The notes beneath the pieces were generated by a model that ran no database searches, was not told where the DNA came from, and saw only the letters and a program-made list of their open reading frames with translations. Position numbers and translations under genes: made by a program. A stretch of 64,000 bases of DNA. Origin: Malacoraja senta (lineage: Eukaryota). This document shows positions 35,501-47,500 of the stretch, one piece after another; positions within the stretch are counted from its first letter, which is position 1; every line of letters starts with the position of its first letter. The stretch covers positions 2,668,001-2,732,000 of the forward strand of contig CM075993.1 of NCBI GenBank assembly GCA_038087875.1, given 5' to 3'.

Positions 35501-38500
35501 CTTTCATCTTTCACTTACACATGAAATAGGCATTCTTGACCAATTCCATCCACCAGTGTTTATTGTATCCAAGTTAGTCTCAGAATAGTGGGTAATTGGA
35601 CCTACGATGGAGTATTCATTTCTAATTTTGATTTAGTTTAGAGATACAGCTTCGGCCCACCGAGTCCGCACCGACCAGCAATCCCCGCACATTAACACTG
35701 CCCTACATACACGAGGGACAATTATTTACATTTACACCAAGACAATTAATCTACAAACCTGTACGTCTTTGGAGTGTGGGGGGAAACCATTGGACAAAGT
35801 CAGCATGGATTTACGAAAGGTAAATCGTGTCTGACGAATCTTATAGAATTTTTCGAGGATGTAACTAGTAGAGTGGATAGGGGAGAACCAGTGGATGTGT
35901 TGTATCTGGACTTTCAGAAGGCTTTCGACAAGGTACCACATAAGAGATTAGTATACAAACTTAAAGCACACGGTATTGGGGGTTCAGTATTGATGTGGAT
36001 AGAGAACTGGCTGGCAAACAGGAAGCAAAGAGTAGGAGTAAACGGGTCCTTTTCACAATGGCAGGCAGTGACTAGTTGGGTACCGCAAGGCTCAGTGCTG
36101 GGACCCCAGCTATTTACAATTTATATTAATGAACTGGATGAGGGAATTGAAGGCAACATCTCCAAGTTTGCGGATGACACTAAGCTGGGGGGCAGTGTTA
36201 GCTGTGAGGAGGATGCCAGGAGACTGCAAGGTGACTTGGATAGGCTGGGTGAGTGGGCAAATGATTGGCAGATGCAGTATAATGTGGATAAATGTGAGGT
36301 TATCCACTTTGGTGGCAAAAACAGGAAAGCAGACTATTATCTAAATGGTGGCCGATTAGGAAATGGGGAGATGCAGCGAGACCTGGGTGTCATGGTACAC
36401 CAGTCATTGAAAGTAGGCATGCAGGTGTAGCAGGCAGTGAAGAAAGCGAATGGTATGTTAGCTTTCATAGCAAAAGGATTTGAGTATAGGAGCAGGGAGG
36501 TTCTACTGCAGTTGTACAGGGTCTTGGTGAGACCACACCTGGAGTATTGCGTACAGTTTTGGTCTCCAAATCTGAGGAAGGACATTATAGCCATAGAGGG
36601 AGTGCAGAGAAGGTTCACCAGACTGATTCCTGGGATGTCAGGACTTTCATATGAAGAAAGACTGGATAGACTTGGCTTATACTCGCTAGAATTTAGGAGA
36701 TTGAGAGGGGATCTTATAGAAACGTACAAAATTCTTATGGGGTTGGACAGGCTAGATGCAGGAAGATTGTTCCCGATGTTGGGGAAGTCCAGGACAAGGG
36801 GTCACAGCTTAAGGATAAGGGGGAAATCCTTTAAGACCGAGATGAGGAAAAACTTTTTCACACAGAGAGTGGTGAATCTCTGGAACTCTCTGCCACAGAG
36901 GGTAGTTGAGGCCAGTTCATTGGCTATATTTAAGAGGGAATTAGATGTGGCCCTTGTGGCTAAGGGGATCAGGGGGTATGGAGAGAAGGCAGGTACGGGA
37001 TACTGAGTTGGATGATCAGCCATGATCATATTGAATGGCGGTGCAGGCTCGAAGGGCCGAATGGCCTACTCCTGCACCTGTTTTCTATGTATCTATGTGT
37101 CTATGTCTCTGGCACTGTAAGGCAGTAGCTGTACCGCTGAGCTACCGTGCCGCCCGCTGGAGTAACTCAGCGGGTCAGGCCGCCTCCGGAGAACGTAGAT
37201 AGGTGACCGTTTCAGGACAGGACTGATGAAGAGGCGCGACACGAAACGTCGTCAGTCTGAAGGAGGGTCCCAACCTAAAATGTCACCTATCCATGTTCTC
37301 CAGAGAAGCTGCCCTACCCCGCCGAGTTGCCCCTGCACTTTGTGTCTTTTGTTTTGTAAGCCCCCATCTCATTTCCTTATGTTCAAATCCAGTCAATTTT
37401 ATTGTCATATCCGGTGAGGCACAGGTACAACGACAACCTCATGGGCGCGTAGCATCAGCCAACACACGGAAACTTAAAGGTAGACAAAAGTGCTGGAGAA
37501 ACTCAGCGGGTGCAGCAGCATCTATGGAGCGAAGGAAATAGGNNNNNNNNNNNNNNNNNNNNNNNNNNNNNNNNNNNNNNNNNNNNNNNNNNNNNNNNNN
37601 NNNNNNNNNNNNNNNNNNNNNNNNNNNNNNNNNNNNNNNNNNNNNNNNNNNNNNNNNNNNNNNNNNNNNNNNNNNNNNNNNNNNNNNNNNNNNNNNNNNN
37701 NNNNNNNNNNNNNNNNNNNNNNNNNNNNNNNNNNNNNNNNNNGTGATATCATAGAGGTGTACAAAATCAGGAGAGGAATAGATCGGGTGGACGCACAATG
37801 GCTCTTGCCCTGAGTAGGGGAATCGAGAACCAGAGGACATGGGTTTAAGGTTTAACTATGGGTGCATGGAAAGGTGAGGGGTGATCTCTCTATGATTCTA
37901 TAGTCAGGCAGCCTAACCCACTGAGTTACTCCAGCACGTTGTGTCTATCCAAATGAATAGACTCTTCTCTTCCCCCCCCCCCCTCATCTATTACGACAAT
38001 TTAATGCACGTTGACAATGTTGACTTGAGTACCTTGAAGAATTCTCTTGATTACGTGGAGATTCATTTATATCTTCTCGTTTGTGTTCAGACCATAAAGT
38101 ATGCAGAGCAAAGGATTCCCACTTTGAACGAATACTGCGTTGTGTGTGATGAACAACATGTCTTCCAGAATGGCTCAATGCTGAAGGTAAGTGTCATTAC
38201 ATTGGTCTTTGCGGCATAGCAGACATAGAGTACAGGTTGAGTCTGAAGAAGGGTCTCGACCTGAAACTTCATCTATTGAGTCTGAAGAAGGGTCTCGACT
38301 TGAAACTTCACCTGAGTCTAAAGAAGGGTCTCGACTTGAAACTTCATCTATTGAGTCTGAAGAAGGGTCTCGACTTGAAACTTCATCTATTGAGTCTGAA
38401 GAAGGGTCTCGACTTGAAACTTCATCTATTGAGTCTGAAGAAGGGTCTCGACTTGAAACTTCATCTATTGAGTCTGAAGAAGGGTCTCGACTTGAAACTT

Positions 38501-41500
38501 CATCTATTGAGTCTGAAGAAGGGTCTCGACTTGAAACTTCATCTATTGAGTCTGAAGAAGGGTCTCGACTTGAAACTTCATCTATTGAGTCTGAAGAAGG
38601 GTCTCGACCTGAAACGTCACCTATTGAGTCTGAAGAAGGGTCTCGACCTGAAACCGCACCTTTTCCTTCTCTCCAGAGATGCTGCCTGACCCACTGAGTT
38701 ACTCCAGCATTTTGTGTCTATCTTGAGAGGAGATTAAACTGTTTTGATAATCGTGACTCAAGCCAGGATCATGGAGTTAAGGAATAGTGGCAAACCTTCG
38801 AATTGAAGCGAATAAATGTTTTTAGCCAAGTACGTATACATACAAGGAATTTGCCTTGGTGCTTTGCTCGCAAGGACAACAACACGAGATACAGTAGACA
38901 ATTAAAGATAAAACAATTATAATTTAAACATGTGAAAACAAAATACCAGAATAAGAAGAGGCTACAGACTTTTGGCTGTTGAGTAGAGCTACTGCTCGTG
39001 GAGAAAAGATGTTTTTATGTCTGGCTGAGGCAGCTTTCCCGAAGTTTGTCAACATGGTCAGAACTTCTGCCCACTTGGAAGTTTGCCCAATGTCCCGTCA
39101 CACACATGGGGGAATCCGAAGGCACCTATCACCCATAAACGCTTCCACATTAGCCCAGGAATCTGATCTGGGATATGTTCACATCCTCAGACTTGTATTT
39201 GCTTCCTCTGATTAAAGAGAAGCAGATGATTTTCGTTGAAAGTATATAAACACAAATCAGTTGATCCAATAGATCACTTTTAAGCAAAAGTAAAATGATG
39301 AGGAGAAAGATAATCTCACATGTTGGTAAATGCACGTGCACAACACACGTGAACACAAGGAGACACGCATGGAAACACACACACGCAAGGAGACACACAC
39401 AAGCAAGGAAACATACACACATTTAACATGACCATGCATTCTACACATGCCATCAATCTCACACTCACATCCACACAGACATCAATACACACACAGATAG
39501 AGCTCTTAAAGATAGCGGAGTCAAGGGATAAGGGAACAGGGTACAGATTGTGGGTGATCAGCCATGATCACAGTGAATGGCGGTGCTGGCTCAAAGGGCC
39601 AAATGGCCTCCTCCTGCACCTATTGTCTATTGTCACACATGTAACTCCACACACAACCTCAGCTTAGTGCACACACACTCTTAGTTTCTAGGTGTGCTTT
39701 GACATTCCCAAGGTATATTAACACATTCTGCGTCCATCACTTGTCAGTCGGGGGTGCTTAGAGCACTTGCTTTTATTCCCTCCGTTTTGTCACATCTACA
39801 ATTTAGCGTTAATAGTCACAGTGGTCCCTCGCCTGCTTCCTAGCCTCCTGACTATTACATTTTCACTTTAAAATCTGGGCCAAACCGTCTCAAGTAGATT
39901 TGTCATGTTGACATTTAAAAATCTGCTGCTGCTTTTCCAATCGTCCCCTGTGTTCCGAGGCCGTTAGCTCCCCACTTGTTGCCTGGATTCTTGGATCAGT
40001 GGGGAGCTACCAGCATCTTGCCTACATCACCATCGCCTTGTCTGAAGAAGGGTCCCGACCCGAAACGTCGCCCATTCCTTCTCTCCAGCGATACTGCCTG
40101 ACCCAGCTGAGTTACTCCAGCATTTTGTGTCTATTTTCGGTTTAAACCAGCGTCTGCAGTTCCTTCCTACATATTAACTTCTACACATTACAAAACATTT
40201 AAAGAAACGCCACCAAGAAATTCATGGGTGGAGGTTGACAGTGAGATGGGTGGGGGTGGCTACCTTCTGACTGAATAGATCTAGTTGGGCTGTGTCTCTG
40301 TGTCTCCCTCTCAGTCTAAAGAAGGGTCTCGACCCGAAACGTCACCCATTCCTTCTCTCCAGCGATGCTGCCTGTCCTGCTGAGTTACTCCACATTTTGT
40401 GTCTATCTACACGTTTCAAATGTTTCTTGCCTGACTCAATCACCTCCTAGCCTGGCATCTGGACTTACTGAGTAGTTTGGTTTAGTTGATTATTGTCACG
40501 TGTACCGAGGTACAGTGAAAAGCTTTTTGTTTGCATGCAACAAATCAGCGATAAGACGATACGTGACTGTTCTCCGCGGCACTCTGTGACACTGCTTCCT
40601 GATGGCTATAATAGATTGGTCTTCTTGTGGTAGACCTGACCATTTTCTTTCTTCCCTCCTCCACCACCCAGCCTGCTGTGTGCACACGGGAGCTCTGTGT
40701 TTTCTCATTCTACACACTGGGAGTGATGTCTGGAGCAGCGGAAGAGGTGGCCACAGGAGCAGAGGTGGGTAAACCGGGTTGGGGCTGACCCAGAGATGGG
40801 AAGGTTGGGGGGAGACCCCTGGTGTAGCTTCACGCCTAAGCCAAAGACGATCAGGGTCCCAGGGACGGTCGGCCCAAAACATTTGCTGTCTGTCTCTGAC
40901 TGCTACTCAGAGCCTAGTTACTTCCATCCACCATCTATGGAATCTCTCACATCTAAGCCCACGTACATCCACTGCTCTTCTATCCTAGTGACCAGACGAC
41001 AACACGGTCCCACAGAAGCCAATTAACCTACAATCCTGTACGTCTTTGCAGTGTGGGATGAAACCGGAGCACCCGGAGAAAGTCCACACGTTCACAGGGA
41101 GAATAATAATAATAATAATAATAGGTTTTATTTACATAGCGCTTTTCAGGTCTCAAAGTCGCTTTACAATTGAGAGTCAGGAATAAACAAAACAAAATAG
41201 AGCAGTAAGACAGAGGGGAGGGGGACATGGGACTAAGGGTATGCAGAGGTGAAGAGATGGGTCTTGAGGCGGGACTGGAAGATGGTGAGGGACTCAGAAG
41301 TTCGGACCGGTTGTGGGAGGGAGTTCCAGAGCCTGGGAGCTGCCCTGGAGAAGGCTCTGCCTCCAAAAGTGCAGAGGTTTGATTTCGGAGTGGAGAGGAG
41401 ACCAGCTGATGTGGATCTGAGGGACCGTGAGGGTTGGTAGGGGGAGAGGAGGTCAATGAGATAAGGGGGGGGCCAGGTTGTTGAGGGCTTTGTATGTGAG

Positions 41501-44500
41501 GACCAGGATTTTGTTGGTGATCCGGTGGGAGATGGGAAGCCAGTGAAGTTCTTTGAGAACTGGGGTGATGTGGTGCCAGGATTTGGTGTGGGTAATGAGT
41601 CGGGCGGCTGCATTCTGGACCAGTTGGAGTCGTTTGATGCTGCTGGAATTGATTCTGAAAAGAAGAGAGTTACAGTAGTCCAGTCGGGAGGAGATGAAGG
41701 CATGGATGAGTCTTTCAGCAGCGGGGGATGTGAGAGACGATCTGATTTTTGCAATGTTGCGGAGGTGAAAAAATGATGTTTTGACAACATGGCGGATGTG
41801 AGGCTCAAGGGAGAGGGTTGAGTCAAGGATCATGCCAAGGTTGCGTGCCTGAGGAGATGGGGAGACAGTGGTGCCGTCGATAGTGAGAGTGGGGTTGTTA
41901 ATTTTAGTGAGTGTTGATTTGGAGCCAGTGAGGAGAAATTCTGTACAAAATCCGTACAGACAGCGCCCGTAGTCAGGATCGAACCCGGGTCTCTAGCGCT
42001 GTGAGGGAGCAACTCTATCGATGCTCCACTATGCCGTCCTTGTTCCGACATACAAATCTTTACACGGTATCACAACACCCAATCTCTGATCCTCTTCTTT
42101 CTTGGATCCTAGCTGAGTTTTTTTAAGTCTGGCCATTTGTCTACCCCTCCCCTCTCCACTTCAAATGGACTTCTTGCTTCCTACAGCCTAACCATACTTC
42201 CTAAGTCACATCACTGGCGGAACACATTCCCTCACATAATGAGGGGGGTTGAGGATGGAAGCACTTGAAGCCATGAATCTTGGCATCCAAGTTCGATGTC
42301 ACAATAGGGAATGCTCCTCAAAGAACTATCTCAAGGACGTTTGTTTCCAGGTGGTGGACCTGTTGGTGGCCATGTGTCGAGCCGCTCTGGAGTCCCCGCG
42401 AAAAAGCATCATCTTTGAGCCTTACCCTTCCGTCGTGGACCCAAGTGATCCCAAGACCCTTGCATTCAATCCCAAGGTAAGACATTGAAAGAAAATAGAA
42501 TATAGAACAAACAACAGCCCAGACACAAAAAAGCTGGAGTATCTCAGCGGGACAGGCAGCATCTCTGGACAGACGTTTCAGACTGAAGAAGGGTCTCGAC
42601 CCGAAACGTCACCCATTCCTTCTGTCCACAGATGCTGCCTGTCCCGCTGAGTTACTCCAGCAATTTGTGTCAACGATTTGAACCAGCATCTGCAGTTCTT
42701 TCCTAAACAACAGTACAGTGCAGGAACAAACCCTTCAGCCCGCAATATCTGTGCTGAATATGATGCCTAGACCAACTCTTATTTGCCTCTAAACATATCC
42801 ACAAGTCTCTTAAATGCCACCATCATGAATGATAATGTTACTTTCCAGTGAATAAATCATAAATAACTTGTACCTTTGAGAAAATCAATGCCAGACCTCT
42901 GCTGCTTCACCGAGCTAACGTAGACAGGAGAATTTGGATAAGGCCACAATTCCCAATTCATTTTCATCCCTTTTAATCCATTCTCCTGAGCGTACACACC
43001 CATTTCTCACATGTTAGGCAAATATGAAGAGATTATTATTTTTTAAAGGTATTAATGCACTAACATGAGGGTTGTGGTGGACTATGACATTGAAGTCAGT
43101 CATACAGCACGGAAACAGGCCCCTCCAGCCCAACTCATCCACGTTGACCAAGATGCCCCTTGTGAGATAGTCTTTTTAAAGAAACAACATGGAAACAGGC
43201 CCTTCGACCCACTGAGTCCACGCCGACCATGGATCAACTCTTCACGCTAGTTCCCTGTTCTCACATTTTCTCGTCCACTCCCTGCACGTTGTGTACAGTT
43301 TACACAAGGCAATTAAGCGACAAACCTTGCAGATATGGGAGGTATTCGGTACTCCCGGATGAAACCCACGCAGGGAGGACGTGCAAACTCCACACAGACA
43401 GCACCCGAGGTCAGGATGAAACAGGTCTGTGGAATTCTCTGCCTCAGAGGGCGGTGGAGTCAGAGAATTCTCTGGATGCTTTCAAGAGAGAGGTAGATAG
43501 GGCTCTTAAAAATAACGGAGTCGGGGATATGGGGAGAAGGCAGGAACGGGGTACTGATTGGGGATGATCAGCCATGATCACATTGAATGACGGTGCTGGC
43601 TCGAAGGGCCAAATGGCCTACTCCTGCACCCATTGTCTATTGTCTACTGAAGCCCAGGTGTTCGGTGCTGAGGCAGCAGCTCTACCCGCTGCACCACTGT
43701 GCCATCTGTACGGTTCATTGTTTGGTTTTCAGTTCCAATGACTTCAAGTGATGTCGTTCTGAATGAGTTAGAAACATAGAAAATAGGTGCAGGACTAGGC
43801 CATTCGGCCCTTCATTGCTGATCAGTACCCCATTCCTGCTTTCTCCCCATATCCCTTGATTCCATTAGCCCTAAGAGCTAAGAGCTATAAGAGTTGGGCC
43901 AAAGGGCCTGCTTCAGAATTCATGTTCGCAAGTCATAGGAGAAAAATTAGGCCATTTGGCTCATCGAGTCTACTCCGCTATTTAAACATCTCTCTCAACC
44001 CCATTCTCCTGCCTTCTCCCCGTAAACTTTGACACCTTTACCAACCAAGAACCTGATAATCTCTACTTTAAAAACACCCAATGACTGGTCTCCTTAGCTG
44101 TCTGTGGCAATGAATTCCACAGATTCGCCACCCTCTGGCCGAATAAATGACTCCTCATTTCCATTCTACAGGTACATCCTTTTATTCAGAGCACAGTGAC
44201 TATCATTTTAAGTCCTGTGAGAAGGAACCTCTGCCCATCTTGGATCTTGGCAATTTAATCCATTGTCAATGTAGCTTATTATTTTCCTCTTCTCTTTCTT
44301 AGAAGAAGAACTACGAGCGACTGCAAAAAGCCTTGGATAGTGTAATGTCGATTAGAGAAATGACACAGGTATGTTTCCAGTACATGGTGCTATAATGTTG
44401 CTAACAGTTGCTGATCTGGCTCTGACGACAGGCAAATGTCAGGCTTAATTAAGTTGTTAGATTTTCAACCTCTGCTGTAAAGCACAGGCTAGCTTAATGT

Positions 44501-47500
44501 TTTGAGTGTAGGAAGGAACTGCAGATAGACACAAAATGCTGGAGTAACTCAGCGGGTCAGGCAGCATCTATGGAGAGAAGGTCTCGATCCGAAATTCCCT
44601 CTCTCCATAGGTACTGTCTGACCCGCTGAGTTACTCCAGCATTTTGTGTCGACCTTCGATTTTACCAGCATCTGCAGTTCTTTCTTAAACAAATGAACTG
44701 CAGATGCTGGTTTACACTGAAGATGAACATACAGTGCTGGAGTAACTCAGCGGGTCAGGCAGCATCTCTGGAGAACATGGATAGGTGATGTTTCGGGTCG
44801 AGATCCTTCTTCAGACTGATGAGTTTCTCTTTATTTCAGTTTCAAATGTTCAACACTATTTTGGCCCCAGAGCTTTGGACTTCTCAATGGCAGGTTTCAC
44901 AGCATCTACCTTGCCGATTCTTCTTAGAATCTCAGATGTTTTCATCAGATCATCTCACATTATTTTTACAACTTGAATAGAGACCCATCCTGTTTCCTGT
45001 TTCCTCATGGGCCAACCTGCACTTCTCATGGATGAATCAACACTGCACTGACTCCAAGGCATGTCTATCTTTCTTTGGGTGCAGAGACCAAAACTCTGGT
45101 CTCACTAGAAGTGTGTTCTCACCTAAGCTGCATACAATCCCTGACAAATCCCTATCCCCTGGTTATTTCAAAGAAGATAGTCTCAATGCAATCATTGAAG
45201 GAGATGAAGGCCTGTCCCACTTGCGCGACCTTTACAGGCGACTGCCGCGACCCGTGATAGGTCGTGAGAGGTCATGAGAGGTCTCCATAGAGTCATAGCG
45301 TCTTTCTGGTCGCCGCTGAACTTTCAACACGTTGAAAATTCCAGCGACCCATCATGGGTCGCGGCAGTCGCCTGTAAAGGTTGCGTAAGTAGGACAGGCC
45401 CTTTAAGTGACAAAAGCCATGAAACGGCAAAGGAAGTGGACAGAGAAACACGGAAGGACACAAAGTGCTGGAGTATCTCAGCGGGTCAGGCAGCATCTCT
45501 GGAGGACATAGATAGGTGACATTTTGGGTCAGGAAAGAGGGTCCCAACTCAAATCGTCACCTATCCATGTTTTCCACTTTGTGTCATCATCATCATCATC
45601 GTTGACAACATCAACAGGCACGGTGCCTTACAATGCTGTGTACGACAGTGATCGCAACTTCTACTGAAGTGTGGATGGCTGTTGGCTCGCTAGGAGCTCA
45701 TCCGCCCTTTGACAGGTCTTGTCTTTGGTCCTGCTGGGGGTCCACAGCCCCCTCCTCACCTGGCAGACCAGGTGGGGAAGACGGTTTAGTCGCCAACTAT
45801 CCGACCATGGAGCGGGTAGCACGGGATTACATGGTACCCATGGCGGGCGGGAACTCCCCCTGACCTGACTCTGTGCCCGTTTGTGTAAACCAGCATCTGC
45901 AGTTGCTTATTTCTATGATTAGAGAAACTCAGGTTTGTTTAGCACAGAGGAAGGACAATGGGTTGGATGAGCCAACCCTTCTGTTGCCTTCTGATTTCAT
46001 GAATTCCTGCCTACTATGTTCTGTTGTGCTGAAGCAAAGCAAGAATTTCATTGTCCTATCTGGGACACATGACAATAAACTCTCTTGAATTTCATTCTTT
46101 CAAATTAAGACAGAAGTACGACGTTTTCTCAACAACCTGGGAAAAAAAACTTTCACTTGTTTCTTATCTATTGCAGGGATCGTACCTAGAAATTAAAAAG
46201 CAAATGGACAAACTGGATTCTTTGGCTCACCCATTGTTGCAATGGTACTCATCTCATTATGTTTCTTTGATATTGTGTCATTATATTTATAATTTATAAT
46301 TATAAATTATATTTATTAATAATTCATGCGCTGTTTAAAGTGCAAACTATCGGCATAGAAAGGGTTGTTGACAATAGGATTAAAGCTTTGAGTGGTATCG
46401 GTAGTGTAGATTGTAGAACAGGGCAGCACGTTGGCGCAGTGGTAGAGTTTCTGCCTTACAGCACCAGAGATGCAGGTTCAATCCTGACTACCGGTGCTGT
46501 CTGTTTGCAGTTTGTACATTTCCCCCTGTAACCATGTCGGTTTTCTCCAGTTTCATAGAAACATAGAAAATAGGTGCAGGAGGAGGCCATTCGGCCCTTC
46601 GAGCCAGCACCGCCATTCATTGTGATCATGGCTGATCGTCCACTATCAATAACCCGTGCCTGCCTTCTCCCCATATCCCTTGACTCCACTAGCCCCTAGA
46701 GCTCTATCTAACTCTCTCTTAAATCCATCCAGTGACTTGGCCTCCACTGCCCTCTGTGGCAGGGAATTCCATAAATTCACAACTTACTGGGTGAAAACGT
46801 TTTTTCTCACCTCAGTCTTAAATTACCTCCCCTTTATTCTAAGACTGTGGCCCCTGGTTCTGGACTCGCCCAACATTGGGAACAGTTTTCCTGCATCTAG
46901 CTTGTCCAGTCCTTTTATAATAATATATGTTTCTATAAGATTCCCCCTCATCCTTCTAAACTCCAGTGAATACAAGCCTCCCACATTCCAAAGACATGCA
47001 GGTTTGTAGGTTAATTGGCCTCTGAAGATTGCCGCTAGTGTGTTGTGCATGGGTGATCGATCGCTGGTTGGCACAGACTTGGGTGGGTCGATGGGCCTGT
47101 TTCCATGCTGTATCTCTACTCTAATCTAACCAGGACCTTCAGCCTAAAATGTCTGTGCCAAACATGATGCCACGACCATCACTTACCTACCTGCATATAG
47201 CCCATATCCTTCCATTCCCTGCATATCCAAATGCATAATACCTTTCCAGCATGAAATGAATGGATCCAGATGCATTGTAGATTCTTGCACAGGATGTACT
47301 GATGAGGTTCAGTGGATGGGACATGTTAACAGGTTGCTTTTAATCATTTGTTTGGAAAGTTAAAATGGGGCAAGAATAGTAACTGCCAGCAAGAATATAT
47401 ATACAAGTAGCCTTTAGGTGACGTAAGGATTATGATCCTGACGACTCTCCTAAGAGCGATTTCTCTAAGTCAGAAACATTAACTTTCTGTAGCTACCCAT

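Noticed and set aside
35598..35633. [11 protein letters not shown] resembling the missing exon IPTLEYGFLVQ
   Set aside because: In-frame stop just upstream, no GT donor at the expected position and no match to VSGHCKN; probably chance.
35774..37006. Active reverse transcriptase gene
   Set aside because: 5'-truncated CR1 with no endonuclease or ORF1 and an in-frame TAG at 36428.
38191..38697. Repetitive ORFs [13 protein letters not shown] / [13 protein letters not shown]
   Set aside because: By-product of a 39-bp unit divisible by 3; intronic, with no coding support.
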